Assembly: GCA_965221775.1 (NCBI GenBank)
Contig: CBDCSU010000005.1
Span: 864,001-928,000, forward strand
Reading direction: 5' to 3'
From: Candidatus Latescibacterota bacterium
GTDB taxonomy: Bacteria > Latescibacterota > UBA2968 > UBA8231
DNA length: 64,000 bases
Shown: piece by piece, positions 22,783 to 31,569 of the stretch
Position numbering within the stretch: position 1 is the stretch's first letter
Layout: the number at the start of each line of letters is the position of its first letter
The notes under the pieces: model-generated
What the model was told of the DNA's origin: nothing
Seen by the model: the letters and a program-made list of their open reading frames with translations, nothing else
Database searches by the model: none
Translations under genes and position numbers: made by a program

Positions 22783-23562
22783 GTGGAAGCAGCCCAGCTG
22801 AAAGCCCTGCTCGACCAGGTCGCCGCCGGCGCCGCGAGCCCGGAGCAGGCCCTGGAGCGCCTGCGCAACCTGCCCTTCGAGGACCTCGGCTTCGCCCGCG
22901 TCGACCACCACCGCGCCCTGCGCCGCGGCTATCCCGAGACGATCTTCTGCGAGGGCAAGACCCCCGGGCAGACGGTGGCCATCGCCGGGCGCCTCGCCGC
23001 CGCCGGCTCCCTGGTGCTGGCCACCCGGGCCGAGCCCGCCACCGCCCGGGCCCTGGCCGAGCGCTTTCCCGCGGCCGAGCACGACGAGGAGGCGCGCACG
23101 GTGGTCATCCGCGCGGAGGACGCGCCCTCCCCGGCGCCCACCGGGCTCGTTCTGGTCCTGTCGGCCGGCACCTCCGACGTGCCCGTGGCCCGCGAGGCCC
23201 TGGTCACGGCCCGGACCATGGGCGCCCGCGCCGAGGGCATCTTCGACGTGGGGGTGGCCGGCATCCACCGGCTCCTCGCCTGCCGCGAGCGACTCCTCGA
23301 GGCCCGGGCGATCGTCGTCGCCGCCGGCATGGAGGGCGCCCTGGCCAGCGTCGTGGGCGGTCTGGTGGAGGCTCCCGTCATCGCCGTGCCCACGAGCGTG
23401 GGCTACGGGGCCAGCTTCGGCGGCCTGGCGGCGCTGTTGACCATGCTCAACTCCTGCGCCCCGGGAGTGATGGTGGTCAACATCGACAACGGCTACGGCG
23501 CCGGGTACGCGGCGGCGGTGATCAACGCCCGTTCCGCCGGGCCGGACGCCGCCGCGGAGTAG
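22783..23562 (+). CDS. larB: Nickel-pincer cofactor biosynthesis protein LarB (AIR-carboxylase-like)
   Basis: FARVDHHRALRRGYPETIFCEGKT, AGTSDVPVA, DVGVAGIHRL, AGMEGAL, PTSVGYG, VVNIDNGYGA. Confidence 0.92.
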   Translation: MEAAQLKALLDQVAAGAASPEQALERLRNLPFEDLGFARVDHHRALRRGYPETIFCEGKTPGQTVAIAGRLAAAGSLVLATRAEPATARALAERFPAAEHDEEARTVVIRAEDAPSPAPTGLVLVLSAGTSDVPVAREALVTARTMGARAEGIFDVGVAGIHRLLACRERLLEARAIVVAAGMEGALASVVGGLVEAPVIAVPTSVGYGASFGGLAALLTMLNSCAPGVMVVNIDNGYGAGYAAAVINARSAGPDAAAE

Positions 23563-23568
23563 CCTCTG

Positions 23569-24201
23569 GTGGTCGACACGGCTGTCGCCGTCCTCGTGGG
23601 GGGCCGCAGCCGGCGCATGCGGGGCCGCGCCAAGGCGGCCCTTCCTCTCGGTGGCCGCACCGTCCTCGAACGAGTCCTCCACAAGGCCGACGGCCTCGGC
23701 TGTCCCGTGCAACTGGTGGCCGGCCGCGAGGCCGCGGCCGACTCTGGCGAGTTGGCGGGGCTCCTGGAGCGGCTCGGCCGGCCCGTGGTCCGCGACCTGC
23801 ACCCCGACGCCGGACCCCTCGGCGGGCTCGAGGCCGCCTTCGCCGCCACCGGGGCCGGCCGCGTGCTGCTGCTGGCCTGCGACCTCCCCTTCCTCACCCG
23901 GCCCTTCCTCGCCTGGCTGCTATCCCAGGGCTCGGAGGCCTCCGCAGTCGTCCCGGCCGAGGAGGACGGTCGCTGCCACCCCCTGTGCGCCGTGTACCCG
24001 GCCTCCTGCCGCGGGGAGCTGCGGGAGCGCATCGAGGCGCGCCGGCTGCGGGCCCACGACTTCGTCCGCGCCATCGGCGCCCGGACTCTGCCGCGGCCCC
24101 TCTGGCAGCGCTTCGACGCCGACGGCCGGCTGCTGGCCAACCTCAACGAGCCGGCGGACTATCGGCAGGCCCTGCGGTGGCTGGAGGAGGCCGGCGACTG
24201 A
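23569..24201 (+). CDS. mobA: Molybdenum cofactor guanylyltransferase-like NTP transferase
   Basis: LVGGRSRRM..K, GPLGGL, LACDLPF, HPLCAVY, NLNEPAD. Confidence 0.8.
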   Translation: MVDTAVAVLVGGRSRRMRGRAKAALPLGGRTVLERVLHKADGLGCPVQLVAGREAAADSGELAGLLERLGRPVVRDLHPDAGPLGGLEAAFAATGAGRVLLLACDLPFLTRPFLAWLLSQGSEASAVVPAEEDGRCHPLCAVYPASCRGELRERIEARRLRAHDFVRAIGARTLPRPLWQRFDADGRLLANLNEPADYRQALRWLEEAGD

Positions 24202-24232
24202 AGGCCCGCCCAGCTGCCTGCACGCGCAGGCG

Positions 24233-25090
24233 CTACAGGCTGTGGTCGACGATGGAGAGCAGGAACAGCAGCGGCAGGTAGAGCACGGAGGCCCGCAGCA
24301 GGCGGCGGGCGTCGCCGGTGGCCCGCGACCGCGCCAGGGTCACACCCGGGGCCAGGAGCAGCAGGCCGAGGACCAGGGCCCCCGCCCCGTAGAGCATCCC
24401 CGACATGCCCAGCGCCGCGGGCAGCACCGAGAAGGCCAGCAGCATCAGGCTGAAGGCCAGGACGTGGCGGCAGGTGCGGTCGCCGCGCTCCTCCAGCACC
24501 GGGAGCATGCGGAAGCCGCCGCGCCGGTAGTCGTCGCGGAAGATCCAGGCGATGGCGTAGAAGTGGGGGTGCTGCCAGGCGAAGAGGATGGCGAAGAGGA
24601 CCCAGGCGCCGGTGTCGAGGCCGCCCGTGGCCGCCGCCCAGCCGCCGACGGGGGGCAGGGCCCCGGGGATGCTGCCGAGGGAGGTGTTGAGCCAGGTGAG
24701 CCGCTTCAGCGGCGTGTAGACGACCACGTAGAGGAAGGCCGTCAGCAGGCCCAGCCAGGCGGTGAGCAGGTTCACCCCGAGGACGAGGACGATCTGTCCG
24801 CCGAGGATCAGGAGGAACCCGAGGGACAGGGCCGTCGACGGCTGCAGATCGCCGGCGGGCAGGGGCCGGGAGCGGGTGCGCCGCATGAGGGCGTCCACGT
24901 CGCGCTCGAGGTAGTGGTTGAGGACCCCGGAGCCGGAGGCGGTGAGGGCGGTGCCGAGCAGGGTCAGGGCGAGGAGGCCCAGGCCGGCCTCACCCTGGCC
25001 GCCGAGGTGGAAGCCGAGGGCGGCGGCCACCAGGACCATGGCCACGATGCGCGGCTTGGTGAGCTCGAAGCAGGCCTGAAGGAGGGTCAT
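24233..25090 (-). CDS. cyoE: Protoheme IX farnesyltransferase (heme o synthase)
   Basis: ELTKPRI, N..LERDVDALMRRTRSRPLP, YTPLKR, WQHPHFYAIA. Confidence 0.93.
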   Translation of the reverse strand: MTLLQACFELTKPRIVAMVLVAAALGFHLGGQGEAGLGLLALTLLGTALTASGSGVLNHYLERDVDALMRRTRSRPLPAGDLQPSTALSLGFLLILGGQIVLVLGVNLLTAWLGLLTAFLYVVVYTPLKRLTWLNTSLGSIPGALPPVGGWAAATGGLDTGAWVLFAILFAWQHPHFYAIAWIFRDDYRRGGFRMLPVLEERGDRTCRHVLAFSLMLLAFSVLPAALGMSGMLYGAGALVLGLLLLAPGVTLARSRATGDARRLLRASVLYLPLLFLLSIVDHSL

Positions 25091-25129
25091 CGCCGGTAGA
25101 AGATGACCGTTCTCGCCGATCCCCTCAAA

Positions 25130-26392
25130 TCAGCGGCACAGGTAGTCGACGCAGGTGGCGGCGTGGACCTTCAGCACCTGCCCGAACTCCGGCTCGAGGA
25201 TGTACTCGTCGGGGACGGCGACGTTCTCCAGGTCCGTCCCGTAGACCGCCGCCGGGATGCCCCGCCACCACCAGAAGCGGGTGTCCGTCGAGCCGTAGCT
25301 GGTGTTGATCTCGATCTCGCGCCCGGTGATGGCGCGGGCGTTGGCGGCCACGGCGCGCACGATCTCCTCGTCGGGGGACGAGTACGCCGCCTCCAGGCAG
25401 TCCGTCCATTCGAGGCCGATCTCGCCGCGGTCGAGGCCGGTGCCGGAGAGGACCTCCTCCACCTTCTCCTGCAGGTCCCGCGTCGACACGCCGATGGGGG
25501 TGCGGAAGTCGACCTCCATGCGGCACGCCGTGGGGATGGTGTTGCTCTGCACGCCGCCCTGGATGACGCCCACGTTGACCGTCGTCGAATCGGAGACCCA
25601 GCCCTTGCCGGCCAGCTCGCCGCCGCGCACGGACCGCTCCTTTCCCCGGGCCACGGCTTCGGCCACATCGGGAGGCGTCTCGAGATGCCAGCCCTTCATC
25701 GTCATCAGCGCCGCGGCCACGGTCATCGCCCTTGCGATGGCGTCGTCCTCCACCGGCACCGCCGCCAGGCCGCCGCCGTGGCGGGTCTCGACGATGAGCG
25801 TGTACTTGCCCTTGTGGCCGATCAGCACCTGGTCCATGCGTGTGGGCTCGCTGTTCAGGCAGGCGTCGCCGCGCGTCATGGGCACGTGCTCCAGCAGCCA
25901 GTCCGAGCCCAGGAACCCGCCCGTCTCCTCGTCGCCCACCAGGGTCAGGGTCAGCTGGCCCCGGATGGGGACCTCCAGCTCGTGGAGCAGCACCAGCGAC
26001 AGCAGGGAGGCCACCGACCCGGCCTTCATGTCGCCCACGCCGCGGCCGAGGATGCGGCCGTCCCGGCACTCGCCGGAGTAGGGGTCGAAGGACCAGTCCT
26101 CCGGGTCGCCCGCCGGGAACTGGTCCAGGTGGCCGTTGAGGACGAGGTTGCGCCCGGGCTCGCGGCCCTCCATCCACGAGACCAGGCTCTGCACCGTCGG
26201 CTTCGGCTCGTACGCGTCGGCGGGCAAACCCTTCGACTTCAGGTAGCGGACCAGGTACTCGACGCAGGCCGTGGTGTCGCCGGGCGGGTTGTCGGTGGGG
26301 ATGGCTACGACATCTCGCAGCACATCCAGGAACTCCGGCATCCTGCGGTCGATTTCGGCGAAGAGGCGCTCTTTCAACTCTTCAGTGGTCAT
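25130..26392 (-). CDS. M20 family ArgE/DapE-like deacylase
   Basis: NGHLD, GRGVGDMKAG, GDEETGG, NSEP. ATG at 26392 overlaps the upstream stop. Confidence 0.85.
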   Translation of the reverse strand: MTTEELKERLFAEIDRRMPEFLDVLRDVVAIPTDNPPGDTTACVEYLVRYLKSKGLPADAYEPKPTVQSLVSWMEGREPGRNLVLNGHLDQFPAGDPEDWSFDPYSGECRDGRILGRGVGDMKAGSVASLLSLVLLHELEVPIRGQLTLTLVGDEETGGFLGSDWLLEHVPMTRGDACLNSEPTRMDQVLIGHKGKYTLIVETRHGGGLAAVPVEDDAIARAMTVAAALMTMKGWHLETPPDVAEAVARGKERSVRGGELAGKGWVSDSTTVNVGVIQGGVQSNTIPTACRMEVDFRTPIGVSTRDLQEKVEEVLSGTGLDRGEIGLEWTDCLEAAYSSPDEEIVRAVAANARAITGREIEINTSYGSTDTRFWWWRGIPAAVYGTDLENVAVPDEYILEPEFGQVLKVHAATCVDYLCR

Positions 26393-27303
26393 GACAGCCA
26401 CTCCGGGTGACGGGCCCGCAGGCCGGCGACGCAGGCCTCGTAGACCTCGAGGGGAAAGGACTGGTACGGCGACAGCAGCCGCAGGGGCATGTCGATGCCG
26501 CTGGCGCGCACGATCATCTTGTCCCAGGCGCCGTCGATCAGGTCGCCGAAGGCCTTCGCCGGCTCCCAGAACACGTCGGCCACGGCGAGGTACTCGGCGT
26601 GCAGGCGGGCCAGCTCGCCGAAGCGGCCCTGCCGGCCCAGCTCGAAGAGCTCCTTCGTGCGCCCCGGGAACATGGCGCCGTACGAGGACAGGAGCCCGCA
26701 CTCCCCGTGTTGGCAGCCGAGGGGGAAGTTGGCCTCGCCGTAGAAGTGCATCAGCTCCGTCTCCCGCGCCAGCTCCAGGGTCTCGCCGATGCCGAGGCCG
26801 GTGCTCTTGGTGCCCACGAGGTTGCCCACGGCATCCTGCAGCCGGCGGTAGTCGGCGGCGTAGAGCAGCCGCTTCGGCCGCGGCAGGTTGTAGTGCACGA
26901 ACCTCGCATCCGGGAAGGAACCGCAGACATCGGTGAAGTACGCCAGCAGCTCGGCGTCGTTGAGCGCTCCCCACGGCGGCAGGGAGATCTGGAAGACCCG
27001 GAAGCCGGCGTCGTACGCGATGCCGACGCGCTCCACCACCTGCGCCGTGGACATGCCGATGCAGCCGACCATGGGATGGACGCCCTCACGGTCCGTCTCC
27101 TCGCGGAAGACGGCGACGATCTCCCGGAAGAGGGGGACGGTCACGGCGTAGCCCTCGCCGGCGGTGCCGAAGATGTAGAGGTTGTCGAAGTGGTCCAGCG
27201 TCGCCCGGACCTGGTGACGGAAGACGTCCTCGATCAAGCGCTCTCCCTCGTCCCAGGGGATCTCGCAGCTGACCAGGATGGCGGGGTGATAGCGTTTCGT
27301 CAC
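26389..27303 (-). CDS. Dihydrodipicolinate synthase (DapA/NanA)-family class I aldolase
   Basis: FGTAGEG, HYNLP (Tyr), GTKST (Schiff-base Lys). GTG start preceded by AGGAGG. Confidence 0.8.
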   Translation of the reverse strand: MTKRYHPAILVSCEIPWDEGERLIEDVFRHQVRATLDHFDNLYIFGTAGEGYAVTVPLFREIVAVFREETDREGVHPMVGCIGMSTAQVVERVGIAYDAGFRVFQISLPPWGALNDAELLAYFTDVCGSFPDARFVHYNLPRPKRLLYAADYRRLQDAVGNLVGTKSTGLGIGETLELARETELMHFYGEANFPLGCQHGECGLLSSYGAMFPGRTKELFELGRQGRFGELARLHAEYLAVADVFWEPAKAFGDLIDGAWDKMIVRASGIDMPLRLLSPYQSFPLEVYEACVAGLRARHPEWLS

Positions 27304-27473
27304 GGTTGCCTGCCTCCTTGGCCGATCGCCTCGCGCGTTACGGACGACTGGAAGACTGCTCTCCCGATGAAGGTCCTTGCATCCGCACATTCACACGTCA
27401 TGAGACCATCCGCTCTCAGGTTGCGGCCCATGGCAAGAAAGACCCTGATCGCGGGCTCGATCAAGCGGGTCCC

Positions 27474-27770
27474 GTGAACGACACGGAAGATCGTCCACTC
27501 CCATTGGAGCTCGTTGTCAGTGTGCGGCCGAAGGCCGGGCGCAACGGCGTCGAGGTCGACGGCGACAGGGTCACGGTGGGGGTGACGGCGGCCCCGGAAG
27601 GCGGCAAGGCCAACGCCGCGGTGGTGGCCCTGCTGGCGAAGCGGCTCAAGGTCGCCAGAGGCAGGGTGCGCATCGTGCGTGGGCACAAGGGGCGGGAGAA
27701 GCGGGTGCGGATCGAGGGCATCACGCCGGGCGAGTTCTTCGCGCGCCTGTCCGAGTCCGGCGGGAGCTGA
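27474..27770 (+). CDS. DUF167 / YggU family protein
   Basis: V.V.P.A, VTAAPEGGKANAAVVALLA, I.RG...REK. Confidence 0.85.
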   Translation: MNDTEDRPLPLELVVSVRPKAGRNGVEVDGDRVTVGVTAAPEGGKANAAVVALLAKRLKVARGRVRIVRGHKGREKRVRIEGITPGEFFARLSESGGS

Positions 27771-27859
27771 CCGGGGGTCCACCTCCCGAAGGCTGACGCT
27801 GTCCACGCACCCGCGCGTCGACGGAGCTATCTTCCCCCGCCCGGAGACCGGAGATCGAC

Positions 27860-29950
27860 ATGCGCAAGATCGCGGCCGGCCTGCTGGTGATCCTCCTGAT
27901 CTGGCTGGTGATCACCTCGGTGCCGGACGAGGTTCCCCTGATCCCGCGGCTGCCTCTGTTCTGCAGCCCCGGCAGATCCAGGCCGCTCCTGAGCCCGGAC
28001 GGCACCTGGCTCTCCTTCCTGGCGGTGCACGGGGTCAAGGTGAACGTGTGGGTGGCGCCGCCCGGCGACTGGAGGTCGGCCCGCGCCGTGACCAGCGACT
28101 CGACCGAGAGCATATATCGCTACTACTGGGCCTACACCAACGACCACATCCTCTACCTGCAGGACCGGGCCGGCGATGGGGACCACCGGCTCTACAGCGT
28201 CGATGTCAACAGCCTGGAGAAGCGCGCCCTGACGCCCCCGGAAGGGGTGCGCGCCGAGATCCAGCAGCTGAGCCCGCGGTTTCCCGGCGAGGTGCTCGTG
28301 GGTCTCAACGACCGGGTGCCGGAGCTGCTCGACATCCACCGCATCGACCTGGCCACGGGGGAGCGCGAGCTGGTGATGGAGAATCCCGGCGAGCTCGGCG
28401 GCGGCTCGGTGACGGGATTCGTCACGGACCGCTCCTTCCGGGTGCGGTATGCCTGGGTCACGATGCCGGACGGCGGCGAGCGGCTCATGCAGCCGGGCCC
28501 GGACTCGACGTGGGAGGAGTTCGAGACCATCCCCTACGAGGACGTGCTCACCACCTGGGTGGATGCCTTCGACGCCACGGGGCGGATGGCCTACTGGATC
28601 GACTCGCGGGGTCGCAACACGGCAGCCCTGGTCTCGCACGACCTCGACACGGGAGAGAAACGCCTGCTGGCCGAAGACCTCCTGGCCGACGCGGAGGACC
28701 TGCTCCTCCACCCGGCGCGCCGCACGGTGGAGGCCGTCTCCTTCCACTACGACCGGCCGAGATGGGAGGTCCTCGACGAGGCCATGGGAGATCACCTGGA
28801 GAGGTTGGCCGAGGTCGACGACGGGGATCTCGAGGTGGTCAGCCGTACGCTGGCGGACGACGCCTGGATCGTGAAGTACAACCGGGACGATTCCCCCGGG
28901 CTCTTCTACCTCTACGATCCCGGGGAGCGGGAGGCCACCTTCCTGTTCCACAGAATACCCGCCCTCGAGGGCCATCCCCTGACCCGCATGCACACGCGGA
29001 TCATCCCCTCGAGGGACGGTCTCGACATGGTCTGCTACCTGAGCCTGCCGCCGTGGTCCGACCCGGACGGGGACGGCCTTCCGGGAGAACCTCTGCCGAT
29101 GGTCCTGCTCGTCCATGGCGGGCCCTGGAGTCGAGACACATGGGGATTCCACAGCTGGCACCAGTGGCTTGCCAACCGCGGATACGCGGTGCTCAGCGTC
29201 AACTTCCGTGGCTCCACGGGCTTCGGGAAGGCCTTCGCCAACGCCGGCACCCGGGAGTGGGGCGGGCGGATGCAGGACGACCTGATCGACGGCGTGGAAT
29301 GGGCCATCGACACCGGCGTCACCCGGCGCGGCGAGGTGGGCATCATGGGCTACTCCTACGGCGGCTACGCGACCCTGGCGGCGTTGACCCTCACGCCCGG
29401 GGTCTTCGCCTGCGGCGTGGACCTCGGGGGACCGTCGAACCTGATCACCATGCTGGAGACGAACCCTCCGTACTGGAAGCCGTGGTTCGACTTTCACACC
29501 TCGCGCATCGGCGATCCGCGCACGGAAGAGGGGCGGGCCCTGTTGACCGAGCGTTCGCCGCTGACCCACGCCGGCCGCATCGTGCGCCCCCTGCTGATCG
29601 TACACGGGGCCAACGATCCGTACGTGGACCCGGCCGAGGCGGACCAGATGGTCCGGGCCCTGCAGGCCAGCGGCATCCCCGTGACCTACTTGCTCTTTCC
29701 GGGAGAGGGGCACGGCCTTGGCGGCTCGAACCAGCTCGCGTTCTGCTCTGTAGCCGAGACCTTCCTGGCGGAACACCTGGGAGGACGCCGGGAGCCGTAT
29801 GGTCACGCCTTCGGAGGTTCCACCATCGAGGTCCCGGCCGGGGCGGAGCTGGTGCCGGGGCTGGTGGAGATGCTGGAGTACTACAGGCCTTCGACACCTG
29901 ACTCTTCGGCCCAGGCGCCGCCCGACACCGCCGCCGACCTCGGCCAGTGA
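27860..29950 (+). CDS. S9 family (prolyl oligopeptidase / acylaminoacyl) peptidase, exported
   Basis: VHGGPW, NFRGSTGFGK, GYSYGG (Ser), HGAND (Asp), EGHG (His). N-terminal hydrophobic segment. Confidence 0.92.
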   Translation: MRKIAAGLLVILLIWLVITSVPDEVPLIPRLPLFCSPGRSRPLLSPDGTWLSFLAVHGVKVNVWVAPPGDWRSARAVTSDSTESIYRYYWAYTNDHILYLQDRAGDGDHRLYSVDVNSLEKRALTPPEGVRAEIQQLSPRFPGEVLVGLNDRVPELLDIHRIDLATGERELVMENPGELGGGSVTGFVTDRSFRVRYAWVTMPDGGERLMQPGPDSTWEEFETIPYEDVLTTWVDAFDATGRMAYWIDSRGRNTAALVSHDLDTGEKRLLAEDLLADAEDLLLHPARRTVEAVSFHYDRPRWEVLDEAMGDHLERLAEVDDGDLEVVSRTLADDAWIVKYNRDDSPGLFYLYDPGEREATFLFHRIPALEGHPLTRMHTRIIPSRDGLDMVCYLSLPPWSDPDGDGLPGEPLPMVLLVHGGPWSRDTWGFHSWHQWLANRGYAVLSVNFRGSTGFGKAFANAGTREWGGRMQDDLIDGVEWAIDTGVTRRGEVGIMGYSYGGYATLAALTLTPGVFACGVDLGGPSNLITMLETNPPYWKPWFDFHTSRIGDPRTEEGRALLTERSPLTHAGRIVRPLLIVHGANDPYVDPAEADQMVRALQASGIPVTYLLFPGEGHGLGGSNQLAFCSVAETFLAEHLGGRREPYGHAFGGSTIEVPAGAELVPGLVEMLEYYRPSTPDSSAQAPPDTAADLGQ

Positions 29951-30783
29951 AGCACACCGGACCCGCCCCGGAGGAGCCCTATCTCCTCGGCACCGATCCC
30001 GAGGAAGGCCGGCGCCTGGAGACGCAGCATCGCCTGTGGTCGCGGGAGGCCCACGACCTCTGGGACCGCGCCGGGTTCGGTCCGGGCGCCCGTCTGCTGG
30101 ATCTCGGCTGCGGTCCGGGATTCGCGGCTGTCGAGCTGGCGCACCGGGTCGGCGCCGGCGGACACGTGCTCGCCGTGGACGAGTCGCGGCGCTTCATCGA
30201 GACGCTGGCCGGGGAGTCGGAGCGGCGCGGGCTCGCGCACCTGGAGGCGCGGCGGGAGCGGGTCCAGGCCCTGCGGCTCGAGCCCGGTTGCCTCGACGGC
30301 GCCTTCGCGCGCTGGCTGTTCTGCTTTCTCCCGGACCCGGCGCCGGTCATCGAGAGGGTGATGCGGGGACTGCGGCCGGGGGGCCGGTTCGTGGTCTGGG
30401 ACTACCTGAACTACCGCGCCACGAAGCTGCATCCGCACAGCCCGGCGTGCGACCGCGTCCTCGAGGCGGTGCACGAGAGCTGGCGGCTCACCGGAGGGGA
30501 TCTCGACGTCGGCGCCCGGCTTCCCGGGTTGCTCGCGGCAGCCGGCTGCAACGTGGTCGATCTCGTCCCCATCGTGCGTTTCGCCCGGCCCGGCACGGCG
30601 CTGTGGGAGTGGCCGACGGGGTTCTTCTTCGGCTACATCCCGCGGCTGGTGAAAGCCGGGCTGCTGACGGAAGCGGAGCGCCGCGCCTTCGAGGCCGAGT
30701 GGCATGAGCGCGAGCAGGATCCCGGGGCCTTCCTGTCGCCGCCGCCCATGGTGGGAATCATCGCCGAGAAGGGCCGGCCATGA
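29947..30783 (+). CDS. Class I SAM-dependent methyltransferase
   Basis: LDLGCGPG motif I, LRPGGRF. Confidence 0.85.
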   Translation: MKHTGPAPEEPYLLGTDPEEGRRLETQHRLWSREAHDLWDRAGFGPGARLLDLGCGPGFAAVELAHRVGAGGHVLAVDESRRFIETLAGESERRGLAHLEARRERVQALRLEPGCLDGAFARWLFCFLPDPAPVIERVMRGLRPGGRFVVWDYLNYRATKLHPHSPACDRVLEAVHESWRLTGGDLDVGARLPGLLAAAGCNVVDLVPIVRFARPGTALWEWPTGFFFGYIPRLVKAGLLTEAERRAFEAEWHEREQDPGAFLSPPPMVGIIAEKGRP

Positions 30784-31565
30784 GCGACGAGGCGTACGCC
30801 CTGGGTGACTCCCGCCTGGCAGCCGAACGGCTGAAGCTGGTGGCGCGGCTCTTCGAGCCCGAGATGAGGAGGTTCATCCGGGACACCGCGCCCCCTCGGC
30901 CCGGGGTCGCGGTGGACCTCGGCTGCGGCCCCGGCTGCACCACCCGGCTCCTGCGGCAGGTGTCGGGCGCCGCCGCGGCCGTCGGCGTCGACCTGTCGGA
31001 GCACTTCCTGCGGGTGGCCGCGGACTCCGCCCCGGCGCTGCGGTTCGTGCGGCACGACCTGACCGAGGGCCCGCCGCCGGTCGAAGCCGCGGACCTCCTG
31101 TTCTGCCATCTGCTGCTCTCGCACCTCGCGGACCCGGTGGAGGCCATCGAGTCCTGGAGAGCCTGCCTGGCCCCCGCGGGTGTGATCCTGGTGGACGAGG
31201 TGGAGTCGATCGAGACGGATGACCCGGTCTTCGTCGAGTACCTGGCCCTGGTGGAAGAAGCGATCGCCAGCCGGGGAGGCGAGCTCTACGTGGGCCGGAA
31301 GCTGGCCGCGACCGGATCCCTGCGCGGCCTGCGAGTCCGCTCCAGCCGAGTCGCGCCGCAGAGCGTGGCCGCCAAGGACGCGGCCGCCATGTTCGGGATG
31401 ACCTTCCAGACCCTCCGCGAGGACCCGGCAGTGCAGGCCGCGGCCGGTCACGCGGGACTGGCGGCACTGGCCCGGGCCCTCGATGCCAGGACCACACGCG
31501 AAGATCAGCACCCCCTTGAGTGGAGCATGCGGCAGATCGTCTACGAGCCGCGGCCCTCGGTCTGA
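30780..31565 (+). CDS. Class I SAM-dependent methyltransferase (second, paralog-like)
   Basis: VDLGCGPG, GVDLS, LAPAGVI. ATGA coupling to the upstream gene. Confidence 0.85.
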   Translation: MSDEAYALGDSRLAAERLKLVARLFEPEMRRFIRDTAPPRPGVAVDLGCGPGCTTRLLRQVSGAAAAVGVDLSEHFLRVAADSAPALRFVRHDLTEGPPPVEAADLLFCHLLLSHLADPVEAIESWRACLAPAGVILVDEVESIETDDPVFVEYLALVEEAIASRGGELYVGRKLAATGSLRGLRVRSSRVAPQSVAAKDAAAMFGMTFQTLREDPAVQAAAGHAGLAALARALDARTTREDQHPLEWSMRQIVYEPRPSV

Positions 31566-31569
31566 CCCA

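Noticed and set aside
27304-27473. 170-bp intergenic region as a possible ncRNA or riboswitch
   Set aside because: No recognisable conserved motif or stable structure by eye; adequately explained as divergent promoters. An Rfam scan would settle it.
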